A stretch of 64,000 nucleotides of DNA. Origin: Longimicrobiales bacterium (lineage in GTDB: Bacteria > Gemmatimonadota > Gemmatimonadetes > Longimicrobiales > Gaopeijiaceae). Location: assembly GCA_041690395.1 (NCBI GenBank), contig JAWLHJ010000007.1, forward strand, positions 128,001 through 192,000. The letters are read 5' to 3'. The notes under the pieces are model-generated. The model saw only the letters and a list, made by a program, of their open reading frames with translations, searched no databases and was not told the origin of the DNA. Position numbers and translations under genes: made by a program. Positions 8,111 through 17,026 of this stretch are shown one piece after another. The stretch's first letter is position 1, and every line of letters starts with the position of its first letter.

Positions 8111-9631
8111 ATGGTTCGGCTCCACGTACGGCCCTCCCGGCGCTCGCCGGACAGCCACGGCGGTGATCTTCTGACTCCTCTTCCGAGACCCCTCGGCCCG
8201 GGGCTCCCCCCGGTGTGGATCCTCGTCGCGGCCGGCGTGGTGATCGTCTCGGGGATCGCTTGGTTCGTGTTCGGCACGAGGGCGGGCTTCCTCGAGCCTC
8301 CGGCGCCGGAGGTGGCGGCGGAAGACACGGTGCCACCCGTCCTCGCGCCAAGCTCCCTGGCCGCGCCCCTCGGGATCCCGCTACCCAGACTGGTGGCGCT
8401 CGTGAACGAGGCGGTCCCGACGACGTTCGGAAGCCTGGACGAGCGCCGCGAGCTCCCCGACCGGGACCGGACCGAGCTCGCGTTCGCCCTCGAGCGCTCA
8501 CCCCTGACCGCGCGCATGGTGGACTCCGTGGCGCGGGTGGAAGGGGTCATCGAGTACGCGCTCACCGCCTACTACGACCCGCCGATCCTGCCGGAGGTGA
8601 GCGGGTCGTGCGGTACCGACGACGACCAGAGACGCCGACTGGCCGTGGTCATCGAGGCACCGCTGAGCCTCTCGGAGGCGTGGCGGCTCGACACCCGGTC
8701 GCGACTGGTCAGTGTCCGGCCACCCACGGAAGATGACCGCGACCGGTGCCGGGTCACGTTCCTCGGCATCGACCTCACCGACCGCGTAGTCGATGGAGCG
8801 ACCGCCTTCCTCGAGGAACAGGAGCGCACGGTCGACTCCATCGCGGCATCCGTCGACCTCCGACCGTCGTTCGAAGGATGGTGGGAGACGTTGCGCGACC
8901 CCGTGGAGCTGGCCGACTCCGTGTGGCTCGTGCTCGGCCCGGAGGCGATCCGGAGGGGCACGCCCCGGGGCTCGGGCGACTCGCTCTGGGTCGACCTCGC
9001 CCTGGAGGCGCGGCCCAGGGTCGTCGTGGGCCCGAGGCCGGAGTCGGACGACACTCCACTCCCGGCCTTGACCGCTGGGGAAGTCACGCCGGGTCTCGAC
9101 CTGGTCGTGGAGGGGCGCGTCGACTACGGCACGGCCAGCCGCATGCTCCTCGACGAGCTGGCCGGCGTGGAGGTGGAGCACGAGGGCCGCACGGTGACGG
9201 TCGATGAGCTCCGCGTGTTCGGCATCGGCCGTGGGCGCGTGGCGCTCGACGTGGTGGTCACCGGCGACCTCTCCGCTCGGCTCTACTTCACCGGCACCCC
9301 GGTCCTCGACTCCGCGACCCAGGTGATCTCCGTGCCGGACCTCGACTTCGACGTCGCCACCCAGGACGTCGTGGTGGCCGCCGCGTCGTGGATCCAGCAG
9401 GTCGGGCTTCGCCGGGTTCTCCGGGAGCGCGCGCAGTGGCCCGCCGCACCCGCCACCGAGTGGCTGTCGACCTGGCTCGACAGGGGCATCAACCGCGAGA
9501 TCTCGGACGATCTCCGGGTGGAGGGCACGGTCCTCTCGGTCACGCCGCAGTCCGTGTACGCGCTGCGCGATCACATGGTGGTGCGGGTCGCGGCGCGGGC
9601 GGATGCGCGGGTGTTCGTGAGGGAGCGGTAG
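8111..9631 (+). CDS. DUF4403-like membrane-anchored protein
   Basis: Long ORF with typical codon usage, an N-terminal TM segment and a beta-rich body resembling DUF4403. Start uncertain (8075 or 8111). Confidence 0.6.
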   Translation: MVRLHVRPSRRSPDSHGGDLLTPLPRPLGPGLPPVWILVAAGVVIVSGIAWFVFGTRAGFLEPPAPEVAAEDTVPPVLAPSSLAAPLGIPLPRLVALVNEAVPTTFGSLDERRELPDRDRTELAFALERSPLTARMVDSVARVEGVIEYALTAYYDPPILPEVSGSCGTDDDQRRRLAVVIEAPLSLSEAWRLDTRSRLVSVRPPTEDDRDRCRVTFLGIDLTDRVVDGATAFLEEQERTVDSIAASVDLRPSFEGWWETLRDPVELADSVWLVLGPEAIRRGTPRGSGDSLWVDLALEARPRVVVGPRPESDDTPLPALTAGEVTPGLDLVVEGRVDYGTASRMLLDELAGVEVEHEGRTVTVDELRVFGIGRGRVALDVVVTGDLSARLYFTGTPVLDSATQVISVPDLDFDVATQDVVVAAASWIQQVGLRRVLRERAQWPAAPATEWLSTWLDRGINREISDDLRVEGTVLSVTPQSVYALRDHMVVRVAARADARVFVRER

Positions 9632-9638
9632 CGCCCCT

Positions 9639-11840
9639 TTATCCACCCTGATGCGTCCAGATGAACAGGACACCTCCGGAGGAACCCGTCCCGAATCGCG
9701 CGCCTGCCTCTGACGGACGCAGGTACGCCATCGCCGCGATCTGATCCGGAGACAGGATCGCGACCCGGCCGCCGGCGGCTTCGGGCGGGATCGTCACGCC
9801 GTCGATGACGACGAGGGCGCACTGCTGCGTCGGTCCCTCGGCGCCGGATTGCCTCGTATACCGCGTCGAATACACGCACGGAGTTCCGCCGTCGAGGCGG
9901 GTCACCCGCACGTTGGGGATGTTCCTGATCCGGATCAGATCGACGGCGTCCTGCGCGCGCGCCATGTCCTCCTCGAAGTCCTCCCGGCTCATGAATCGCC
10001 GACCGAGCTCGTTCGTACGTACGCCGACCTCGTTCAGGAGCTCCGAGCGTGCGCGCTCCACGGCGACGGTGATGGGCGTCAGCTCGTAGACGGGGGTGCC
10101 GGTCTCCGCGCTCGGCGGCGTGAGATCGAGGGTCGCGATGCGTCGACCCCGCACGCTCGCCGTTCGGGGCGCCCCCTCCAGCGCGCCGCCGGGTGTCAGG
10201 GCCACCGCCTGCACCTCGAGGGGCACGTCGGAGGGGAGCCCGCACGCGATCCAGCGGCCGTCGGGGGCGACGGGGACTTCGTTCACGATGGTGCTCTGGC
10301 GGATCGAGAAGCTCCCGCCGGACGTCGAGACATCGTCCGTCGACGCCCAGGAAATGCGCACCGCCCGCGCCGGAGGCCGAGCGCCCGCTACCACGACCTC
10401 CGCGGGGAGCCTGCCGCGCAGCACGCCCCGCCCGCGTTCTGTCAGCGGATCACGGCATTGCTCCATGACGAGATCGGCGACGGCGGGGAGGGACAGCTCG
10501 AGGACAGCGTCCTGGTCGGGCTCGATGTCGACGTCCGCGTGGCGCGGTGGGAGATCGAGGGAGTCGAGGAGTGGGCTCGTGTACGTGAGCGTATACCGAC
10601 CCTCCGGAATCGACGGGACATCGAACCGGCCCGCCACGTCGGTCTCGTGCTCGACCTGGGTTCCGACGACGGCCACCCGGCCTCCCGCCACTGGCCGGCC
10701 CTCCTCGTCCCGAAGCGTACCGGTCACGCTCCCCGTGGCGGCGAAGGTCGTCGCCGCCCTTCCCGTGGCGCGCACTTCGGTCACCCGGCCCCCCGTCTCG
10801 GACAGCGCGACCACCTCGAAACGTTCGGCGAGCGGCGCACTCCGGAACGGACGGAACAGCTGGCTCTCGACCAGCGGCATGCGGATGTACCAATCCCCCA
10901 CGATCCACGGGCCATCCTCCACCCGGTCGAACACGACGCGCCCCCCGACGTGCTCGGTCTCGATCGACCACGGAAGATTGGTATACGTGAAGTCCAGTCG
11001 CTCCGGGCCGAGATCGTTCCCGTCGATCCAGAGGGTGCCGGCCACGTCGGTCAGCTCGGTGGGCTGCGGGAAGAACCGGATTCCGATCCAATGACCTTCG
11101 CCGTCGCGAGGTGTGTTCCGCACGATGCCGAAGCAGTGCGCATCCTGGAACGAGCGTGACGCGAGCGTCCGCACGTCGGGCGCGAAATAGTCGTAGCCGG
11201 AGTCGGCGTCGCCCTGGACGTATCCACGGGTGGCGAGATCCTCGGCCGGAACGCTGCGGAACGGGCTCTCCCGCTGGAAGGCACGTCGCCGACTGCGGCG
11301 TTCGTCCTCGATGCGCAGGCTCGTGGGCTCGAGCGTGCGGTCCCACCGATCGAAGCGGAACTCGTAGGCGCCCTCCTGCTCGGCCAACGCGGCGGCCCGG
11401 AACGCCTCCGTGACCTCGTTCCAGAGCTCGGCGACCCGGGCGGCGTCGTCCGTGTTCACTCGGCAGCGACGATCGACCGTTGCCGAGAGCCCGTCGAGCT
11501 CGACGGCCTGCGTGCCGAGCTGAAGGTCGACCCGGACCGGCGCGGCGCCGGAGAGGTCCACGACGGTCTCGGCCGGAGCGTACCCGATGTGGTCGGCCCG
11601 AACCGTGTACGTCGCGGCTGCGCCCGGTGTGACCGTGAACCGCCCGTCGGCGTCGGTCAGCGCGGTCGCGACGGGCCGGTCGGCCAGCAGGACCTCGACG
11701 TAGGCCGCGGCGAGTGGTGCGCCGTCGCTCGCGTCCACGACCCGCCCTTGGAGCTGCTGGGTCGCGGCGGGCGAGGCCCACCCCAGCAGGCCCATGGCAA
11801 GTATCGAGAGGGCCGGTAGGAGCTGTCGTCGTCTACCCAT
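9639..11840 (-). CDS. Secreted protein with two carboxypeptidase-regulatory-like domains and a C-terminal TonB-plug-like domain
   Basis: Signal peptide; LQGRVVDASDGAPL...TDADGRF and GSVTGTLRDEEGRPV...TDVAGRF; plug-like end EAGARFGTGSSGGVLFIWT. Confidence 0.7.
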   Translation of the reverse strand: MGRRRQLLPALSILAMGLLGWASPAATQQLQGRVVDASDGAPLAAAYVEVLLADRPVATALTDADGRFTVTPGAAATYTVRADHIGYAPAETVVDLSGAAPVRVDLQLGTQAVELDGLSATVDRRCRVNTDDAARVAELWNEVTEAFRAAALAEQEGAYEFRFDRWDRTLEPTSLRIEDERRSRRRAFQRESPFRSVPAEDLATRGYVQGDADSGYDYFAPDVRTLASRSFQDAHCFGIVRNTPRDGEGHWIGIRFFPQPTELTDVAGTLWIDGNDLGPERLDFTYTNLPWSIETEHVGGRVVFDRVEDGPWIVGDWYIRMPLVESQLFRPFRSAPLAERFEVVALSETGGRVTEVRATGRAATTFAATGSVTGTLRDEEGRPVAGGRVAVVGTQVEHETDVAGRFDVPSIPEGRYTLTYTSPLLDSLDLPPRHADVDIEPDQDAVLELSLPAVADLVMEQCRDPLTERGRGVLRGRLPAEVVVAGARPPARAVRISWASTDDVSTSGGSFSIRQSTIVNEVPVAPDGRWIACGLPSDVPLEVQAVALTPGGALEGAPRTASVRGRRIATLDLTPPSAETGTPVYELTPITVAVERARSELLNEVGVRTNELGRRFMSREDFEEDMARAQDAVDLIRIRNIPNVRVTRLDGGTPCVYSTRYTRQSGAEGPTQQCALVVIDGVTIPPEAAGGRVAILSPDQIAAMAYLRPSEAGARFGTGSSGGVLFIWTHQGG

Positions 11841-11910
11841 GCTCTCAGGATACCCCGGCGGGCACATGCGCAACAGCGATCCTCCCATCCCCAGCGGGGT
11901 ATCGCAGCGT

Positions 11911-14730
11911 ATGACCCTACAAAAGAAGCCTCTCGCCATCGCGGGCGCCGTTCTCGGTGTCCTGATCCTCGCGCTCGTCCTGCTCCCGCTCCTCTTCAAG
12001 GACCGCATCGCGGCGCGCGTTCAGGCTGAAGTCGACCAGGCCGTCGACGCCGACGTGTCGTGGGGAGACGTCGAGCTGTCGTTCCTGCGCACCTTCCCGA
12101 GCTTCACCCTCGGACTGCGCGACCTGAGCGTGGTCGGGGTGGACCGGTTCCAGGGCGATACCCTGGCCGCCATGGACCGCCTGCGGGTCTCCATGACCCT
12201 CGGGAGCGTGATCCGGAGCCTGCGCGGTGCGGGGCCCCTCGAGGTGAGCTCGGTGCGGATGGAGTCGTCGCTCCTGCAGCTCCGGGTGCCGGGTGAAGGT
12301 GGACCGAGTTGGGATGTGTTCCGGGCGGGTGATGACGAGGGGGCCCCCGACGGTGGTCCCGGGGATGGCGCCGGGGACGGAGCTGGCCTCTCGGTCCAGC
12401 TCCGCTCCTTCGAGCTCACCGACGGCCGCGTGCTATTCGACAATACGAGGAGCGGCGTGCTGCTGTCGCTCGAAGGGCTTCGCCACACGCTGAGCGGGGA
12501 CTTCTCGCGCGACAGCCTGGTGGCGAGCACCACAACCCACGCGGACCGGGCCACCCTCGAGTTCGCGGGCACGCCGTACCTGCCGGGGGTCGAGGTCGAC
12601 TTCGACGCCGACCTGTCCGTGGATCTCGCCGAGGGCCGGGTCGCGTTGCGCGACAACGAGCTGCGGCTGAACGAGCTCCTGGTGCGCTTCGCCGGGGAGG
12701 TGGCCCGGGAAGGCGAGGATCTCGCGCTCGACCTGACGTTCGAGGCGCCCGGCACCGACTTCCGGGAGATCCTTTCGATTGTGCCTGCCGTTTACGCGCA
12801 GGACTTCCAGTCCCTCGAGACGTCGGGGCGCTTCTCCTTCGCCGGGAGCGTCACCGGGCGCTACGGCCCCGAGGCGTTCCCTGCGTTCTCGGTGAGCGCG
12901 AACGTCGAGGACGGCTCGTTCCGGTATCCCGATCTCCCGCAGCCGGCGCGCGCCATCTCCGCCGACCTCGCCATCGACAACCCCGGCGGCGACGTGGACA
13001 GCACAGTCGTGCGCCTCTCCCGTTTCCACATCGAGATCGGCGACCAGCCCATCGATGCGGTCGTGACCGTGCGGACCCCGGCCAGCGACCCGGACGTCGA
13101 CGCGACCGTCCGCGGGACTCTGGACCTCGACGCCCTGTCGCGAACCGTCAAGCTCGAGAACGTCGAGGAGCTGAGCGGGATCGTGACCGCAGACGCCACG
13201 GCCCGGGCCCGTCGCTCGGACCTGGACAGCGCCCGGTACGAGCGGGTGGCCGCCGAGGGGAGCGTCACCGCCCGCGACCTGACCCTGAGCTCGCCCGACC
13301 TCCGCCAGCCCGTCTCCGTCGAGGAGATGGCGATCGCGCTCTCCCCGGAGCGATCCGAGCTGAACACGTTCCGCGCGACCCTCGGAAGCAGCGACCTCGA
13401 CGCGACCGGAAGCATCGAGAACCTGCTCGGGTTCCTCATGCGCGACGAGCCGCTCCGCGGCGCCGGCACCTTCCACAGCGACCGCTTCGTGCTCGACGAG
13501 TGGAAGTCGGGCAACGAGCTCGAGGCGATTCCCGTGCCCGGCATGCTCGATCTCGCCCTCGACGGCACCGTGGACGAGCTCGTCTACGAGGATCTCGAGA
13601 TGACGGACGCGAGCGGCTCGCTCCAGATCCGTGATCAGCGTCTCACACTCGACGGGTTCGGATTCTCCACCCTCGGCGGACGGATCGCGATGAGTGGGCA
13701 CTACGAGACGCTCGATATCGAGCGGCCGACGTTCGGGCTCGACCTGGGCATCGACAGCCTCGACGTGGCGGGGGCCGCCGAAGCGTTCCTGACCGTGCGG
13801 AGCCTCGCGCCCGTGGCCCGCTACGCCCAGGGCACGTTCTCGTCGGATCTGAGCCTGGACGGCGCGCTCTCACGGAACATGACACCCGTGCTCGACCTGC
13901 TCGACGGGACCGGATCGTTGCTCACCTCCCGGATCTCCATCGAGGGATTCCCGATGCTCGAGCGGCTGGCCGAGCTCGTGCCCGTTCCGGGGATCGATCA
14001 TCCGACCTTCAGCGCCCTGCGCTCGAGCATCCGCATCGAGGACGGACGCCTTCACGTCGAGCCGTTCGACGTGAGCGCCGCCGGTCTCACCATGACCGTC
14101 GACGGATCCAACGGAATCGACCAGTCCCTCGACTACCGACTGGCGCTCGCGGTGCCCAGGAACCTGCTCGGGAGCGGCGCGGACCGGCTCATTGGGGATC
14201 TCGTGTCGCGCGCGGGGCGGGCCGGCCTGAGCTTCTCACCCGACGAGACGGTCCCGGTCACCGTACGGGTCGGAGGCACGGTGTCGGAGCCGGGGCTCGA
14301 CCTGGCCCTCGGCGATCCCGCGGGAACGGTCCGCTCGGCGGTGGAGGACGCGGCGGGGGCGGCCGTGGACCGCGAGGTCGAGGAGGTCCGGGAGCGCGTT
14401 GACGCGGCCGAGGAGGAAGCGCGGCAGAGGGCGCAAGCGCGGGCCGATAGCCTGGTGGCGGATGCCGAGCGGCGCGCCGAGACGATCCGGGCCGAGGCGC
14501 GGCGGCTGGCGGTGCAGGTGCGGGCGGAGGGGAACCGCGGCGCCGAAGAGGTCCTGGCGCAGGCGAGCAACCCCATCGCCAGGGCGGCCGCCCAGCCGGT
14601 CGCCGACCGGATCCGGCGGGAAGCCGAGGAGCGCGCGGCCCAGATCGAGGCCGAGGCCGACGAGCGCGCGGATGCGCTGGTGGCCGAGGCGCGGGAGCAG
14701 GCGGAGCGGATTCGCGGGGGCGGCGGTTAG
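11911..14730 (+). CDS. AsmA-family protein
   Basis: N-terminal TM anchor (LILALVLLPLLFKDRI), a long beta-rich body, AsmA C-terminal-like IEDGRLHVEPFDV...GSNGIDQSLDY, and an Ala/Glu coiled-coil tail. Confidence 0.8.
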   Translation: MTLQKKPLAIAGAVLGVLILALVLLPLLFKDRIAARVQAEVDQAVDADVSWGDVELSFLRTFPSFTLGLRDLSVVGVDRFQGDTLAAMDRLRVSMTLGSVIRSLRGAGPLEVSSVRMESSLLQLRVPGEGGPSWDVFRAGDDEGAPDGGPGDGAGDGAGLSVQLRSFELTDGRVLFDNTRSGVLLSLEGLRHTLSGDFSRDSLVASTTTHADRATLEFAGTPYLPGVEVDFDADLSVDLAEGRVALRDNELRLNELLVRFAGEVAREGEDLALDLTFEAPGTDFREILSIVPAVYAQDFQSLETSGRFSFAGSVTGRYGPEAFPAFSVSANVEDGSFRYPDLPQPARAISADLAIDNPGGDVDSTVVRLSRFHIEIGDQPIDAVVTVRTPASDPDVDATVRGTLDLDALSRTVKLENVEELSGIVTADATARARRSDLDSARYERVAAEGSVTARDLTLSSPDLRQPVSVEEMAIALSPERSELNTFRATLGSSDLDATGSIENLLGFLMRDEPLRGAGTFHSDRFVLDEWKSGNELEAIPVPGMLDLALDGTVDELVYEDLEMTDASGSLQIRDQRLTLDGFGFSTLGGRIAMSGHYETLDIERPTFGLDLGIDSLDVAGAAEAFLTVRSLAPVARYAQGTFSSDLSLDGALSRNMTPVLDLLDGTGSLLTSRISIEGFPMLERLAELVPVPGIDHPTFSALRSSIRIEDGRLHVEPFDVSAAGLTMTVDGSNGIDQSLDYRLALAVPRNLLGSGADRLIGDLVSRAGRAGLSFSPDETVPVTVRVGGTVSEPGLDLALGDPAGTVRSAVEDAAGAAVDREVEEVRERVDAAEEEARQRAQARADSLVADAERRAETIRAEARRLAVQVRAEGNRGAEEVLAQASNPIARAAAQPVADRIRREAEERAAQIEAEADERADALVAEAREQAERIRGGGG

Positions 14731-14788
14731 ATCGCCGAGTGCCTATATGGGTCCGGGGGCCAGGGAGATGTGTATCTCGTTTTGTCTC

Positions 14789-14936
14789 GTTCGAAGTCGT
14801 TCGAGGTTCGAACGATCGCTACCGTGACGCCAACCACCATGTCGTCTCCGAAACGCCCGAACGGCGCGGCGAAACGCCGGGAGCCTACTGACAGGAGATC
14901 GTCTCGGATCGTTCGACTTTCGAACGACTTTCGAAC
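14789..14936. repeat. Element bounded by 29/30-bp imperfect inverted repeats built from GTTCGA units
   Basis: Left arm 14789-14817 is GTTCGAAGTCGTTCGAGGTTCGAACGATC. The reverse complement of the right arm (14907-14936) is GTTCGAAAGTCGTTCGAAAGTCGAACGATC. Confidence 0.75.
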
Positions 14937-14949
14937 ATGGAGCAGGCGA

Positions 14950-15180
14950 GTGAAAGTCATAGCGAAGGGCCAGGTCACGATTCCGCAGGAGATCCGCGAT
15001 AGATTCGGATTCCTCCCGCACACCGAGGTCGACTTCGAGGTTCGCGACGGAGATGTGGTCCTGGTGAAGGCGGGAGCGGGTCGGCGGGGCAGGAAGGTCG
15101 TCGAGCATCTGCGGGGACGAGGTGACGTCGGGATGACCACGGACGAGATCCTCGAGCTGACGCGGGCCGACCGCGTGTGA
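14950..15180 (+). CDS. AbrB/MazE/SpoVT-family antitoxin-like DNA-binding protein (orphan)
   Basis: VKVIAKGQVTIPQEIRDRFGFLPHTEVDF AbrB signature and MTTDEILELTR tail; GTG at 14950 after GGAG. Confidence 0.85.
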   Translation: MKVIAKGQVTIPQEIRDRFGFLPHTEVDFEVRDGDVVLVKAGAGRRGRKVVEHLRGRGDVGMTTDEILELTRADRV

Positions 15181-15196
15181 GCGAGCCGCTACAGCG

Positions 15197-16159
15197 TCAT
15201 CGCGCCGGAGTAGCCAGCATCGCGCCCAGCCGCACCTCGTTGCCCGGCACGCACCGGTCCTCCAGCGTCAGCCGCCCCGGCTCAGTGAGCATCACCACCG
15301 TGCTCCCCAGGTGGAACGCCATCAGCTCGTCACCGCGCCCGATGGACTTCGGCGGAGCATAGACGCGGTCGCGGGGCAGGGTGTCGGTGCGATTCGTGAC
15401 CCATGGACGGCCCCCCGAGGCGCCCTCGCCGCTCCAGGCCGGATCGAACGCGGCCGAGATCCGCCCGACGTTGTAGGCGCCCACCGCCACGATCGCGACC
15501 CGCCCGAGATCCCCGTCGATATGCGCGAGCAGGCGCTCATTCCGCGCGAAAAGGTCGCGGACGTGCCGGACCGCCGCGTCGTTCACCGGGAAAAGCGAGC
15601 CGGGCACGTATCGGGCGGCCGGAATCGTCCCCCCCGCCGGAGCGTGGATCCGGTGGTAGTGCCTCGGGGCCAGATAGATCGTGATGAACTGGCCGCCGTC
15701 GAACCCGGCCGCCCCCTCGGCGCTGCCCAGCAGGTCGGCAGCCGCGTAGTCGAGCCCCTTGGCCTGGATGAGCCGCCCGTCCTCGATCCGCCCGACCTGA
15801 CCCACGATCCCGTCCACCGGGCTCACCAGCCCCGGGTCCGCCGGCCACGTCCGCGCGCCCGCCCTCAGTCGCCGTACGAAGAAGTCGTTCACGGATCCGT
15901 AATCCATGAGCGGGCGCTCGGCCTCGTCAACGTCGATCCCGACGGCCCGGGCGAACGTCCCGAGCACGAGCCGGCGCATAGGTTTGGGGACCGGCGTGTC
16001 GGCGAGCGCGCCCAAGCCGCGGCTCAGGGCCCCCTGAGGGAGGCGGGCCAGCAGCTTGAGGACAGCGCGCCACGGTACGCCCGGGGGGTCGGGGGTGACG
16101 TCGGGCACGCGGGGGGTGTGAGAGGGTGGGGTGGTCATGGGGGTGGAGGTTACGGCCAT
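15197..16159 (-). CDS. psd: Phosphatidylserine decarboxylase
   Basis: FFVRRLR, LVSPVDG, IYLAPRHYHRIH and NER motifs, plus the autocleavage motif FHLGSTV. Confidence 0.92.
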   Translation of the reverse strand: MAVTSTPMTTPPSHTPRVPDVTPDPPGVPWRAVLKLLARLPQGALSRGLGALADTPVPKPMRRLVLGTFARAVGIDVDEAERPLMDYGSVNDFFVRRLRAGARTWPADPGLVSPVDGIVGQVGRIEDGRLIQAKGLDYAAADLLGSAEGAAGFDGGQFITIYLAPRHYHRIHAPAGGTIPAARYVPGSLFPVNDAAVRHVRDLFARNERLLAHIDGDLGRVAIVAVGAYNVGRISAAFDPAWSGEGASGGRPWVTNRTDTLPRDRVYAPPKSIGRGDELMAFHLGSTVVMLTEPGRLTLEDRCVPGNEVRLGAMLATPAR

Positions 16160-16271
16160 TCGTTTGCGCGTGGGTGCGTTTCTCGCACCCGGAATCTAGC
16201 TGGCGACAGGCCGCTTCGTCGGCGTCGCGCACCACCGGGGGTGAATCGCCGGCTCCTGCGCTCGGCGCCAA

Positions 16272-16495
16272 CTAGCGCCGTTCTCCCCGGATGATCAGGA
16301 CTTCCCCGGCTTCTAACCTTCCGACCGATGCCACGACCTCGTCCAAAAGAGGAACGGGATCCACGACTCGGTTCGTGACAGCGGCCAGGACTTCTTGACG
16401 CCGGACCATCCGCGGTCGAAGACCGTCTCGACAACCACCCCGCTGAAATGACGTGTCAGCGTGCGGGGCAGGGACTCATCAAGAAGGATTCGCAC
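16272..16495 (-). pseudogene. DUF5615/PIN-like toxin with internal deletion and frameshift
   Basis: N-part reads MRILLDESLP...RGWSGVK. After a junction at ~16391 another frame gives VLAAVTNRVVDPVPLLDEVVASVGRLEAGEVLIIRGERR*, a family-like C-terminus; the middle of the domain is absent. Confidence 0.75.
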
Positions 16496-16703
16496 CCGCG
16501 ACCAAGGCCTCCTGAGCGAGCCTGAGCACCTTCATGGCCTGCTCTCGAGAAACGGACGGGAAATCCTCTAGAAACTCATCGAGGGTCTCTCCGGAGGCCA
16601 AGTAGTCGATGAGATTCTGAACCGGGACTCGCGTTCCCCCGAATACCGTCGTACCACCAAGGATCTCGGGATCTTGGCTCAAGAGCTCTGGTTTCGTCTG
16701 CAT
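16479..16703 (-). CDS. DUF433 antitoxin
   Basis: DPEILGGTTVFGGTRVPV...GETLDEFLEDFPSV signature; GGAGG upstream; overlaps the toxin start. Confidence 0.9.
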   Translation of the reverse strand: MQTKPELLSQDPEILGGTTVFGGTRVPVQNLIDYLASGETLDEFLEDFPSVSREQAMKVLRLAQEALVAGANPS

Positions 16704-16828
16704 CTCGACCACCTCCGTGTCCGTCAATCTACACCCGGACGGTCGGCCAGGCTCCCCGCCTCCTCATCCCAACGGCACAGAGTGCCCTTGCACACGCTGG
16801 GTCGAGAGTAGCGAGTCCCGACTCGACC

Positions 16829-17026
16829 TCACCCCTCGTCGTCGAAGAACACCTCCTCGATCGGCCGCCCAAACGTCCTGCTGATCTTGAAGGCCAATGG
16901 AAGGCTCGGGGAATACTTGCCCTTCTCGATGGAGTGGACCGTCTGCCGGGAGACGTCCAGGCGCTCGGCGAGGTCGGACTGCGTCCATTCGCGCTCCTCC
17001 CGGAGGGCGCGCACGCGATTCCTCAT
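16829..17026 (-). CDS. XRE/Cro-CI helix-turn-helix regulator
   Basis: MRNRVRALREEREWTQSDLAERLDVSRQTVHSIEKGKYSPSLPLAFKI...IEEVF. Confidence 0.92.
   Translation of the reverse strand: MRNRVRALREEREWTQSDLAERLDVSRQTVHSIEKGKYSPSLPLAFKISRTFGRPIEEVFFDDEG

Noticed and set aside
14789..14936. Retron msr-msd interpretation of the inverted-repeat element
   Set aside because: No reverse transcriptase gene in the window. The element is kept as a finding without that label.
15177..15362. 61-aa ORF as the cognate toxin of the AbrB protein
   Set aside because: No PIN or MazF motifs, and it lies almost entirely antisense to psd.
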